Shown here in pieces: positions 24,066 through 33,038 of a stretch of DNA of 47,712 nt. Source of the DNA: an uncultured Gammaproteobacteria bacterium. Lineage in GTDB: Bacteria; Patescibacteriota; Patescibacteriia; Magasanikbacterales; UBA922. The position numbers were made by a program, and so were the translations under genes. Numbering within the stretch: the first letter of the stretch is position 1; every line of letters begins with the position of its first letter. The notes beneath the pieces were generated by a model that was given only the letters and a program-made list of their open reading frames with translations, made no database searches and was not told where the DNA came from. The stretch is taken from contig CAYQNA010000006.1 in assembly GCA_964418775.1 (NCBI GenBank), positions 1 through 47,712 of the forward strand, written 5' to 3'.

Positions 24066-24101
24066 AAAATAAAACATCCCGACATGAATCGGGATGTTTT
24101 T
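24066..24101. terminator. Bidirectional intrinsic terminator
   Basis: 9-bp stem ACATCCCGA / TCGGGATGT (24074-24082 / 24089-24097) with a 6-nt loop. An A-run lies on the left and a T-run on the right. It probably ends the clpP transcript (+) and the candidate ncRNA (-). Confidence 0.6.
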
Positions 24102-24275
24102 ATGGTTAGGATTGGACCTACCCGTACCCAAGAAGGTGTGTTTTAGGCGAAAGACGAGCCGTAGCCTGTGCTACCCTACTACACACCCCCATGCTTGTCG
24201 TGGATACAGGGCGCTTGGCACAAACTAGTATGCCGACTGCTCTATAACCTCGAAACCACAGGATATCACGATTAA
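24066..24275 (-). ncRNA. Candidate ~210-nt non-coding RNA of unknown class
   Basis: It is bounded by a perfect consensus promoter (24282..24310) and the terminator at 24066..24101. There is no ORF of 60 aa or more, and the only ATG ORF is 24 codons without an SD. Internal helices are visible, for example GGUGUGU...ACACACC enclosing the hairpin GUAGC-ACAG-GCUAC. Confidence 0.35.
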
Positions 24276-24281
24276 CGGCGC

Positions 24282-24310
24282 ATTATAATACTAAAAAGCC
24301 CTTTTGTCAA
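24282..24310 (-). promoter_or_regulatory. Perfect consensus sigma-70 promoter TTGACA-N17-TATAAT
   Basis: On the minus strand the -35 TTGACA is at 24310-24305 and the -10 TATAAT at 24287-24282, with an exactly 17-nt spacer. No protein gene lies downstream. Confidence 0.55.
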
Positions 24311-24316
24311 GGGCTG
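24292..24316 (-). terminator. Intrinsic terminator after the VanW-domain gene
   Basis: The minus strand reads AGCCCTT-GACAA-AAGGGCT-TTTTT. The hairpin contains the -35 box of the next promoter. Confidence 0.5.
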
Positions 24317-24372
24317 ATGGGGGGAAAATAAGGTATTTTGGCTAATCTAAGCCAATAAATTATCCACAGGGC

Positions 24373-26427
24373 CTAGTTGGCTGGGGCAGTTTGAGTGCCA
24401 GTAGTTGGGGCCTGGGCATCAATAATAGTCACTGGCGGCACATCAGCCGGGGCACCAGACGCTGGGGTCGTAGCCGGCGTGCTACTGGCCGGACCCTGGT
24501 AATTGGTCACATTGCAAACTGCCGTACCCTCTGGGCAACGCGGGTTGGCTGGGTCACGACCCACAAAACAGCGAGCCGAGACGGCGCGATACGTACTCTT
24601 GTAGGTCACGACTTTCTTCTCACCATTTGGCATGGTACGAGTATAGTCAAATGAAGTCACAGCCCCAGGGTGAGCGCCCTGGCACTCCTTTTTGCCTGGC
24701 GGTAAGTCATTAGTTTCAAACGTCAGCGCTGGACCAGTTGGAACCCATGAGAGCACAGCTGGTGGATTATACGAACCCTTACGACCATCTTTAGTTCCCC
24801 ACAAATGGAATTCCAGGTGACCATTACTCGTATTCATTTCAGTTGTCACCAGAACATAGTGACCCGTATCATTGCGGAATTTAAAATCTGGGTTTGGTTC
24901 GTAAATCGTCGCGTCAGTGCCCGGATTACCATTACTTGGGTCATTGTAGTACGAAATTACCATGCCATGATTGGTACGAGCCGTGACCTCCAAACCAGAA
25001 TTCATAACCGTGCGGAACATGGTTGTACCAACTTGACACAAACCGCCCGCAATTTCTGGCGTAATACGGTCACCCAAAATTACGAGCTCTGGCAAGTAAC
25101 CGGCCGCAAGTGTGAATGGCTTGAGCGTGTTTACAAGTGAAAATTCTGCACCTGGTGCAACAAGTGTGCCATTCAATTTATTTTGAACAGCATTTTTGAT
25201 ATTCAAAATACGATTGCGTGGACTACCGGAAAAGTTTGAAAAACCAGAACCTAACTCTTCCGCAATCCCCAAATTATTACTACCGGCTGTGGTCACTGTT
25301 GGCAAAACTTCGGCCGCAATCATTGGGGTCGAGGTAACGGTCTGACCAGCGACACGGTTGTTGAACGCTTCGCTCATAGCCGCGCGAGTTTTATCCCAAT
25401 CAACGGTCAAACCCGAACGACCTGGCACAAATTTGGTTACTTTGGTCGTACTTGAATTAACTTCGAACACGGCGTTCTGCGGTTCGTTTTGCACTGATGG
25501 TTGTACTGTTGTAGTTAAAAATTCATTGATGGCTTCGGGTCGAATTGAGAGTGCAATAATGCCATCTTTTTTCTCAAACGTTACCCACTGCGCCATATCG
25601 GTTGGGGTAATATTCCAACGACGAGCCACATGTCCCTGGCCACCGGAAAATTGTAAATTTAAACTGCCGCCGGCAAATAATTTTGGCAGTGCAGCGTCCG
25701 CCACTGGTTTGATTTCACTTTCTACGAGCACAGGCATGGCAATTTCTTTGGTAATAGAAACTGCCGGGGCTTCGAGTTTACTCCAGGCTTTGGCTACGGT
25801 CTCGGCCACCCCTGTTAAATCCAAAACCTGGCCCGGACTAGAAGTCGTGATCGTATAAGCAATCGGAGAGATATTGGTTACAGTCACGCTTGAATTTACT
25901 GGCGCTTGATCAACGCCAACACGAGCGCGAACAGCTTGTTCCAGCGCTGTCTCGTCAACCTGAACAGTGGCCAAGGTGGTGCGAGCACGACCACTAGCGC
26001 CCATGAGCGCATGCCAACCACGTGAATACCAGGCATCGCGTTTGCCATACTCGACCAAACGCCTTACTTCGGCCGCCCGGTCAATCATCACGGGTTTTAC
26101 ACCCGTTAAGGCTTCAATTTCTTGAAAATTAAGAGTGTACGTTTGAGTACTTGTACCAACGACATTTAAAACTAAATCTGTGTTTTGTAGTTTTACTTCG
26201 GCTTTGGCGAGCAGCGCGTCAAGCTCGGGCACAGTCATTTGTCCAATTGGCAAACTACCCACATACATACCTGGCCAAGTCTTGCCTTCGTAAGCCGAAG
26301 CAGCCCATACGAGCAAACTCGCACCAGCCACCACAATAAAAAGACCAACCCCACCAGCAATGGCCCAGGGTCGCCACGAACGAGTTGTTGTTTCTTCTTC
26401 CGTTTCCATATCACTCTTCGACAACAA
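24373..26427 (-). CDS. VanW domain-containing membrane-anchored protein (YoaR-like)
   Basis: N-terminal TM helix (WAIAGGVGLFIVVAGASLLVWAA) and a VanW core (GAEFSLVNTL...GGLCQVGTTMFRTVMNSGLEVTARTNHGMVISYY). The C-terminus is Pro/Thr-rich. Confidence 0.85.
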   Translation of the reverse strand: MLSKSDMETEEETTTRSWRPWAIAGGVGLFIVVAGASLLVWAASAYEGKTWPGMYVGSLPIGQMTVPELDALLAKAEVKLQNTDLVLNVVGTSTQTYTLNFQEIEALTGVKPVMIDRAAEVRRLVEYGKRDAWYSRGWHALMGASGRARTTLATVQVDETALEQAVRARVGVDQAPVNSSVTVTNISPIAYTITTSSPGQVLDLTGVAETVAKAWSKLEAPAVSITKEIAMPVLVESEIKPVADAALPKLFAGGSLNLQFSGGQGHVARRWNITPTDMAQWVTFEKKDGIIALSIRPEAINEFLTTTVQPSVQNEPQNAVFEVNSSTTKVTKFVPGRSGLTVDWDKTRAAMSEAFNNRVAGQTVTSTPMIAAEVLPTVTTAGSNNLGIAEELGSGFSNFSGSPRNRILNIKNAVQNKLNGTLVAPGAEFSLVNTLKPFTLAAGYLPELVILGDRITPEIAGGLCQVGTTMFRTVMNSGLEVTARTNHGMVISYYNDPSNGNPGTDATIYEPNPDFKFRNDTGHYVLVTTEMNTSNGHLEFHLWGTKDGRKGSYNPPAVLSWVPTGPALTFETNDLPPGKKECQGAHPGAVTSFDYTRTMPNGEKKVVTYKSTYRAVSARCFVGRDPANPRCPEGTAVCNVTNYQGPASSTPATTPASGAPADVPPVTIIDAQAPTTGTQTAPAN

Positions 26428-26863
26428 TAATTGGCACGCGCGCTTCGGACGTGCGCTTTGGGATCGTGACTAATAAAATGCCGTTGCGATATTCAGCGCG
26501 AGCTGCCTCGCCACGAACTGGCGCAGGCAAAACCACAGTGCGGGAAAACCGGCCCCAGTAACATTCTTGTACCATGTACGCAATGTCTGGACGTGATGGC
26601 AAGGGCGACTGGCGGGTGCCGCGGATCGTAAGTACATCGTCGTGCACATGTACTTCAAGCTCCTCGTACACTGCACCGGCCAGGGTCGAAATAACAATAA
26701 TCCCCTGCTCGGTTTCGGCTACATCAATGGCCAACTTACCATCTTGAGCGTCTTGTGTCCAGTCCTCGGTCTCGGACGCCAAACGAGCCTCGGCCGAGGC
26801 GTCAGTAGCTAAGTCCTGAAAGGCAATAGTATAGGTAGGAGTTTTGCGTGCAAATAAACCCAT
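26411..26863 (-). CDS. Hsp20/alpha-crystallin family small heat-shock protein
   Basis: Alpha-crystallin domain: LAIDVAETEQGIIVISTLAG...LTIRGTR...GRFSRTVVLPAPV...AEYRNGILLVTIPK. It overlaps the start of the downstream gene by 17 nt. Confidence 0.85.
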   Translation of the reverse strand: MGLFARKTPTYTIAFQDLATDASAEARLASETEDWTQDAQDGKLAIDVAETEQGIIVISTLAGAVYEELEVHVHDDVLTIRGTRQSPLPSRPDIAYMVQECYWGRFSRTVVLPAPVRGEAARAEYRNGILLVTIPKRTSEARVPIIVVEE

Positions 26864-26889
26864 AATGGGTACAGTATAGCACAGTTCCG

Positions 26890-27441
26890 TTAAATTGTAT
26901 TGATTTCTTTTTCTTTTTCTTCGCCAATCATGCGAATTTTCTCGTTGTACTCTTTAACGCTCTTTTCGATTTCATCAAAGAATTTAAATTTTTCGTCCTC
27001 GCCCATTTCTTTGGCTTTTTCCATTTTTTCAATTGTACTGCGACTGTCTTCGCGTACTTTGCGAAGTGAGATTTTGGCAGCTTCTAATTTTTGGTGTAAA
27101 ACTTTGATGAGTTCAGCACGGCGCTCGGATGTAAGTGTTGGTAATGGCAAACGAATCAGTTTGCCATCATTAACCGGATTAATGCCCAGTGATGAATTGC
27201 GTAAACCAATTTCAACCGCCTGCATGAGTGACTTATCCCAAGGGTCAATATTGAGTGTTTTGGCATCGGCCACAGAAATCGAAGCCACATTTTTAAGTGG
27301 CTGGCGCGAACCATAGGCTTCGACCATTATGTCTTCAACAATTGCAGGAGTAGCGCGACCTGTGCGGAGCGCCGTAATATCTTGTTTAAAATGGTCAACA
27401 ACTTTTTCGCTTTGTTCTTTGTGTTCGGTAACAACGTGCAT
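26890..27441 (-). CDS. frr: Ribosome recycling factor
   Basis: Canonical RRF: LRTGRATPAIVEDIMVEAYGSRQPLKNVASISV...LIRLPLPTLTSERRAELIK. Confidence 0.9.
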   Translation of the reverse strand: MHVVTEHKEQSEKVVDHFKQDITALRTGRATPAIVEDIMVEAYGSRQPLKNVASISVADAKTLNIDPWDKSLMQAVEIGLRNSSLGINPVNDGKLIRLPLPTLTSERRAELIKVLHQKLEAAKISLRKVREDSRSTIEKMEKAKEMGEDEKFKFFDEIEKSVKEYNEKIRMIGEEKEKEINTI

Positions 27442-27455
27442 ACAAAAATTAACTT

Positions 27456-28541
27456 TTAATTACTTGCGGCGGCAAAACCCATAAACAGGGCGCCTGTGTC
27501 TGGATGGACACGGAGTGTGGTTGGAACTTGTGTGGTTGGAAGCTTACGCGAAATCCAGCTTTGGCCACCATCAATGCTGCGGTAGAACACCGAACGATTG
27601 TTGGCTGTAGTGGTCAAATACAGTTCTTTGTTGTTCTTTGGGTTAACGGCGAACGCGTAAATCGACACACTGCCTGGGGCCGGAACAAGGCTGATCGCTT
27701 CCCAATCCTGACCAGCGTTGCGCGAAACAAGTACGCCGTACTTGGAAATCCAGTATACATTTTCGGCAGCCCCTGGGTAGACATACAAGCGGCGGTATTC
27801 TTTAGCGCCCGTAAAATCTTTCATGTTGTCCGAAACATTTTCCCAGGTAACAGCGTTGTCGCGTGAACGCATGAGGCCGTCTTTGCGAGTAGCCAAATAG
27901 ACGAGACCTTCTTTTTGTGGGTCAAAGACCATCCGCTGGAGCTGCTCACCAAAACGATGGGTCACGCGCCAGCTAATCCCACTGTCCTCACTCATCAGGA
28001 GTTCGCCGCTGTCCTGGCCAATATATACACGATTAGGGGCGGCTGGGTCAAGGGCAATGGTACGCATGACTTCCCCACTACCAGTTACGCGACGCATTTC
28101 AGACCAGGTACGAGTACAGTCTTCAGACTTAAACAATTGGCTGCCATTGGTGGCGTAAATTGTACAACGGTCCTTCGGGTGGACAGCCAAGGAGTAAATA
28201 AAGCCCGTGTTAAGTGGGGCACCAGCTTGGTCCCAAGTTGAGCCATCGTTATTAGTAAAGAAAATACCCTTGCCACGCGAGGCCCAGTACATGGTCTTTG
28301 GGTCAGTTGGGTCTTCCACCACACTGAATACACCCACGTCGGTTAATTGACGGTCAACGTTTGGCTGGAGTAAAAGTGACGAGACTTTCCACGAGTCACC
28401 CTTATCAGCCGAGGTATAAATACCCATTGGACCAGTTGTGGCTGCATCCTTACTGCCACTTAACGAAACACAGCTGGCACCTGTGAGCACCAAAGCTGTG
28501 GCCAAAGCACCTTGCGCTACCCAGCGAGAAATTGTTTTCAT
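27456..28541 (-). CDS. Secreted (possibly lipoprotein) BNR/Asp-box repeat beta-propeller protein (Ycf48/sialidase-like fold)
   Basis: Seven Asp-box-like motifs are present: SADKGDSW, TNNDGSTW, SEDCTRTW, SEDSGISW, SRDNAVTW, SRNAGQDW and SIDGGQSW. The ATG at 28541 gives the signal peptide MKTISRWVAQGALATALVLTGASC. Confidence 0.75.
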   Translation of the reverse strand: MKTISRWVAQGALATALVLTGASCVSLSGSKDAATTGPMGIYTSADKGDSWKVSSLLLQPNVDRQLTDVGVFSVVEDPTDPKTMYWASRGKGIFFTNNDGSTWDQAGAPLNTGFIYSLAVHPKDRCTIYATNGSQLFKSEDCTRTWSEMRRVTGSGEVMRTIALDPAAPNRVYIGQDSGELLMSEDSGISWRVTHRFGEQLQRMVFDPQKEGLVYLATRKDGLMRSRDNAVTWENVSDNMKDFTGAKEYRRLYVYPGAAENVYWISKYGVLVSRNAGQDWEAISLVPAPGSVSIYAFAVNPKNNKELYLTTTANNRSVFYRSIDGGQSWISRKLPTTQVPTTLRVHPDTGALFMGFAAASN

Positions 28542-28564
28542 ACAAAAAATAAAAGATGGGTCTA

Positions 28565-29464
28565 TTATACACGATAATGGCCAGTAGCCGCTAGACATAC
28601 CTGCTCGAGTGCTAGGCGAGGCGTTACATTGCGGCGCAAAGCTTGCTCGGCCGTGCGTAGTGCTGGCGCGAGGCGCTGCAATAAATCTGACGGGGCGCTG
28701 AGCTGACCTATGGCCGCCAAATGCAATGCTTGCCAGCCAGTGTCAATCCACGAGTAAAAATACGCGCGGCTGTCTTCGGGCGCAGCTTCACACCAGGCTT
28801 CGAGCGCAGCCCATTGTTTAGCCAATGGCTCCTGGCGTTCGGCCAGCCACGTGCGCACATTTTTTTCGACGACTTGCCAGGCCTCGGTATCGAGCAGCCA
28901 CTCTGCAAGCAGACCAGGCCGACCAGCCGCAGCAGCAATCATAAATGGGGTGGTGGTTGAAAACGCCGCGGTTAATTCCCGGTCAGGTACTGGACGCAAA
29001 CGAACCAATTGGCAACGTGAACGAATCGTTGGCATGATTGCGGCCTCATCGTCAGCGAGCAAAAATAATACGGTGTGCATGCCCGGCTCTTCAAGTGTTT
29101 TTAGAAGCGCATTAGCTGCCCCACGACTCATACGGTCAGCTTCGCGAATTATGACCACGCGCCACCCATCGCGGTAAAACGCACTCTCATGCGTAAATTG
29201 GCTGACCATGCGCGCTTGTTCAATACTAATTTCCTTTTTTGTTTTACTGGTTTTTTCATCAACCAAACGTTCGAGCCAATGAACATCGGGATGGGTCAAC
29301 ACTTTTTCAGGTGTGATTTTTAATAATTGTGCCACTGCATCGAGCACGAGCGTAGTCTTACCACTGTGCGCTGGACCCACAACCAAATACGCGTGGTGTA
29401 ACGTGCCCGCAGTAATTACGTCAGTAAAAAATTGTTGCCACACAGTTTGACCAATGACATGCAT
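28565..29464 (-). CDS. holB: DNA polymerase III subunit delta'
   Basis: AAA+ clamp-loader motifs HAYLVVGPAHSGKTT and IIREADRMSRGAANALLKTLEEP, plus the sensor TIRSRC. Confidence 0.8.
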   Translation of the reverse strand: MHVIGQTVWQQFFTDVITAGTLHHAYLVVGPAHSGKTTLVLDAVAQLLKITPEKVLTHPDVHWLERLVDEKTSKTKKEISIEQARMVSQFTHESAFYRDGWRVVIIREADRMSRGAANALLKTLEEPGMHTVLFLLADDEAAIMPTIRSRCQLVRLRPVPDRELTAAFSTTTPFMIAAAAGRPGLLAEWLLDTEAWQVVEKNVRTWLAERQEPLAKQWAALEAWCEAAPEDSRAYFYSWIDTGWQALHLAAIGQLSAPSDLLQRLAPALRTAEQALRRNVTPRLALEQVCLAATGHYRV

Positions 29465-29465
29465 A

Positions 29466-30575
29466 CTAGGAAACTAAAACTTTGGCTGTTTGTTTGGCAG
29501 CCTCGGCCCATGTGTATGACAAGGCTTTGGCACGCGCAGCTTGCAATTGAACAATTGACGTATTCACTGTGCTTGCGAGCGCGGCGGCAATATCTTTTGG
29601 CGCCACAGACTCGGCATACGAAAATTGTTCGCCGCCAATTTCTTCAACTGCATGGCCACGAAGCGCCACGACTGGAACATTAAATGCGGCCGCCTCTAGG
29701 GCTGGCAAGCCAAATCCTTCGTAGCTACTAGGAAATACCAGGGTTTTTGCGCCCGCGACTAAAGCTGCCGTAACTTTGTCCCCAAGCCAACCCAAGCACT
29801 TAATATCAGCCCGTGATTCGTTGGTGTTTAATATTTTTAAAACTTCGTCATACCCATAGCCTGGTTTACCAACCAGCACCAATTGATACGACTTACCAAC
29901 CTCAGTTTTTTTAAATTCAGAAAACGCGTTGATAAGCGCGGCTGTATTTTTTTTCGTTTCCAAACGTCCGACTGAAATTAGATATGGTGCACGAATATTG
30001 TTGACACGTTGTGCTTCGGCAATTTCAGAGGCTAGCGGACTGACCCGATATTCGGGATTCAAACCATGCGGCACAATTGTCACGCGACCAATTGGCACTT
30101 GTGGAAATAATTCTAATAATTCTTGAGCGGTAAATTTACTTGGCACCAATACACTGCCTCGCTGCAAAGCCCGACGTGTAGTCGACAGCGAATACCAACA
30201 CTCAAACCAATTGTACGCCACCGGAAAACGTGCGGCCGCCACATCGTGAATAGTTGTAACCGTGCGAACACTGGCCGGTAAGCAATCTGGTAGCACGTGC
30301 GCAGGCACAAATAGCACATCGGGCTTGTCGCGACACACCGCCCGCGCCAAACAAATTTGCGTCCACAAACGACGCGGTGGCCAGCGCAATATTTTGACAC
30401 GCCAATTCGGTGGTAACTTGGCAAGGGCACCAGTTAGTGGAACATCAGTGTACAAAATCACCTGCACATGGTCTGGCAGCGCGGTTTTTAAACCTTCAAT
30501 AATATGATACGCGTACCACTCGACACCGGTTTTTTGGTCCCGCGCGGCTCGCGACGCATCAATGGCCACGAGCAT
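29466..30575 (-). CDS. Glycosyltransferase family 4 (GT-B fold)
   Basis: C-terminal signature LVFPSSYEGFGLPALEAAAFNVPVV (E-x7-E). The N-terminus is GT4-like. Confidence 0.85.
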   Translation of the reverse strand: MLVAIDASRAARDQKTGVEWYAYHIIEGLKTALPDHVQVILYTDVPLTGALAKLPPNWRVKILRWPPRRLWTQICLARAVCRDKPDVLFVPAHVLPDCLPASVRTVTTIHDVAAARFPVAYNWFECWYSLSTTRRALQRGSVLVPSKFTAQELLELFPQVPIGRVTIVPHGLNPEYRVSPLASEIAEAQRVNNIRAPYLISVGRLETKKNTAALINAFSEFKKTEVGKSYQLVLVGKPGYGYDEVLKILNTNESRADIKCLGWLGDKVTAALVAGAKTLVFPSSYEGFGLPALEAAAFNVPVVALRGHAVEEIGGEQFSYAESVAPKDIAAALASTVNTSIVQLQAARAKALSYTWAEAAKQTAKVLVS

Positions 30576-30576
30576 A

Positions 30577-31584
30577 TTATTTAGTAGCCAAAATACTCCG
30601 CTTGTAATTATCTAAATTTTCGAGCGCAATACCGGTGCCTTTGGCCACACACAACAGCGGCTCGTCCGCTACATAACACGCCACGCCCGTAGCCTGTGCA
30701 ATCAGTTCATCCAAATTACGCAATTGACTTGAACCACCAGACATCACAATCCCCTTGTCCATCACATCAGCGGACAATTCTGGTGGTGTGCTGTGAAGCA
30801 CTTCCTTAACCGCATCAACTAAACCACCTAAATCATGTTGTAACGCTTCGGTAATGTCATCGGATTTGAGCGTGATAATGCGCGGCAAGCCCATAATCAT
30901 ATCGCGGCCTTTTACTTCCATAGTGAGTGGCTTGTCCATAAACATGGCCGAGCCAATGGTAATTTTTACTTCTTCGGCCGTGCGTTCACCAATCGCGAGT
31001 CCGTATTTCCGGCGAATAAATTCGGCAATTGATTGGTCAAACCGATTACCACCGATGCGCACTGAACCCCAAGCCACAATCCCACCAAGCGAAATCACGG
31101 CAATTTCGGCTGTGCCGCCACCAATATCAATAATCATGTGCCCGGACGCCGAGCCAATTGGAATATCTGCACCAATTGCGGCCACAACCGGTTCTTTAAT
31201 AATATAGGCCGCCCGCGCACCAGCAGCCAGCGCCGCGTCAATTACAGCACGACGTTCAGTTGACGTAATCCCAGCCGGCACAGCAATCATTACCTCGGGA
31301 CGAAATAAACGCACACCGCCAAGCGCTTTGTTAATGAAATAACGCAACATGGCTTCGGTCGTACTGTAACTCGCAATCACGCCGTCTTTGAGCGGACGCT
31401 CTGCCACAATTGTATCTGGCGTACGACCAATCATTTCTTTGGCCTCGGCACCCACGGCCAACACTTTTTTATCAGCTTTGGAAATCGCCACCACTGACGG
31501 CTCGTTAATTACAATCCCCCGCTTTGGCACGTGCACCAAAACATTCGTGGTTCCCAAATCAATTGCCACCTTTTTAATCCACAT
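30577..31584 (-). CDS. mreB: Rod shape-determining actin homologue MreB
   Basis: IDLGTTNVLVHVPKRGIVINEPSVVA, MIIDIGGGTAEIAVISLGG and GIVMSGGSSQLRNLDELI. Confidence 0.9.
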   Translation of the reverse strand: MWIKKVAIDLGTTNVLVHVPKRGIVINEPSVVAISKADKKVLAVGAEAKEMIGRTPDTIVAERPLKDGVIASYSTTEAMLRYFINKALGGVRLFRPEVMIAVPAGITSTERRAVIDAALAAGARAAYIIKEPVVAAIGADIPIGSASGHMIIDIGGGTAEIAVISLGGIVAWGSVRIGGNRFDQSIAEFIRRKYGLAIGERTAEEVKITIGSAMFMDKPLTMEVKGRDMIMGLPRIITLKSDDITEALQHDLGGLVDAVKEVLHSTPPELSADVMDKGIVMSGGSSQLRNLDELIAQATGVACYVADEPLLCVAKGTGIALENLDNYKRSILATK

Positions 31585-31586
31585 AC

Positions 31587-33035
31587 CTATAGGCCAATAG
31601 TAAACGTGCGGTCCAGTCGGAGGTCAGTCACGTGGTCGTAAATCGAGTTACCCCAGTTCTTTTGCTCTTCACCCGGCTGGGCACCTGTTATATTCTTACC
31701 AAAATCCAGGTGGAGCGTCAAACCATGGGCTATGGTCCCGGCTTGCTTTTGAACGGTCAGGGCATAGCGACCAACTTTTACTGCTTCACTCACGGTCGTA
31801 GGCAAAACATACGTAAAAGCAAGTCGGCGTGTATCACCAGGTTCAATTTGAATAAATGTTCCAAACCAGGTGCGTCCCAACTCATCACCTTGCTCTACTG
31901 ATGTGTTTTTATTTTTGGCATCACCAGATGCACTGACCAATTCCGAACCAGTTGGTACAAACACACGCGTATACGAACGGTACCGTGTGGTGCGCCAATC
32001 AAACACACCAGTGTGTTTGTATTCCATTGTCACATTCGCAACCAATCGTCCGTCAGCACGAGGTGTAATTTCATACCTCACATTGCGCTGTAAAGCATGG
32101 TCAGTTTTTAGGGCTGTCAAATTCGCATCAATCCACCACAGATAATCGAGCGAACTAGTGACTGTGGTCGCGTCCCAACCCAAGACCGCAATTTTAGTTT
32201 GCAATTCTGTGTTGGGGCTGTACAGCATTACATGGCGCTCAGCCGCTAAACGATAGGCCAAATCTACATAATCTTTGAAGCGCGTAACCATACTTGAACC
32301 CAAGCGTTGCATAATTGTGTGCATGAGTTCAGTCATAATTTGTTTACGGTCTGCCACACTAATACCGCGTTGCTGGTAACCATACTCAACTTCGTACTCT
32401 AATTTTTCAATAACGTTTTCAGGTGTAAAGGCAATTCCCTGTACAGCCACTGGACCAGACAGACGTAGCAAATCTTCGAGTACATCGGTCGTAATCCCAA
32501 CAACGCCATCAATCTCAGTGGCCGCCACCCCATTTTCGCGCGTGTAAAAATCAAGCGCCTGCTTGGCTGACACACTAAAATCAGGTGACCAGTTACTATC
32601 ACGGAAATACCAGCGGTCAACTTTCAAATAATCGGCCAATGGCTTTGGCGGAACTGGAATTTTTGTTTTATCAGCCGCCAAGTCCAATGTTTCCGTGCCA
32701 GAAATCATTTTAATATCAGTATGCCCATTTTCAACACGCACGACCGCATAACTACCAATAAAACCACCAGCTGGCCGCAATTCAGTGTTATTCAAAAACA
32801 ACACCAGGTACGTATGAGGTCCATTAAACCCAAGAAATTCGGGCACATTATTAATCGCGACCATGTGCTCGTCACCGACTTGGCGCCGAATTTCACGCTG
32901 CACTGCAGGCGCAGCCAAAATTCTTTCCGCTGGTAATTGGCGAACAAACACATAGGCCAACACAGTAGCGCCACCAACAAACGCAAAAAACAAGAGGAAC
33001 AAAGCCAAACAACACCCGCGTCTTCGTCGTGCCAT
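31587..33035 (-). CDS. DUF4012 domain-containing membrane-anchored protein
   Basis: N-terminal TM helix, then FLGFNGPHTYLVLFLNNTELRPAGGFIGSYAVV. This matches the DUF4012 hallmark (..YLllfqNnaE.R.tGGfiGsy..) as I recall it. Confidence 0.7.
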   Translation of the reverse strand: MARRRRGCCLALFLLFFAFVGGATVLAYVFVRQLPAERILAAPAVQREIRRQVGDEHMVAINNVPEFLGFNGPHTYLVLFLNNTELRPAGGFIGSYAVVRVENGHTDIKMISGTETLDLAADKTKIPVPPKPLADYLKVDRWYFRDSNWSPDFSVSAKQALDFYTRENGVAATEIDGVVGITTDVLEDLLRLSGPVAVQGIAFTPENVIEKLEYEVEYGYQQRGISVADRKQIMTELMHTIMQRLGSSMVTRFKDYVDLAYRLAAERHVMLYSPNTELQTKIAVLGWDATTVTSSLDYLWWIDANLTALKTDHALQRNVRYEITPRADGRLVANVTMEYKHTGVFDWRTTRYRSYTRVFVPTGSELVSASGDAKNKNTSVEQGDELGRTWFGTFIQIEPGDTRRLAFTYVLPTTVSEAVKVGRYALTVQKQAGTIAHGLTLHLDFGKNITGAQPGEEQKNWGNSIYDHVTDLRLDRTFTIGL

Positions 33036-33038
33036 AGG

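Noticed and set aside
24066-24275. Attempted assignment of the candidate ncRNA to tmRNA, RNase P RNA, SRP RNA or 6S RNA.
   Set aside because: It has no tRNA-like acceptor or T-arm and no RNase P conserved regions. Only a loose resemblance (AGG-C-GAAA-G-ACGA-GCC on the plus strand) to the SRP domain IV motif was seen. The 6S-type closing stem could not be established by eye. The class is left unknown.
26411-26427. 17-nt overlap between the hsp20 3' end and the VanW-domain gene start.
   Set aside because: Short same-strand overlaps are common in compact genomes. A downstream in-frame start for the VanW gene cannot be excluded. It is not considered notable.
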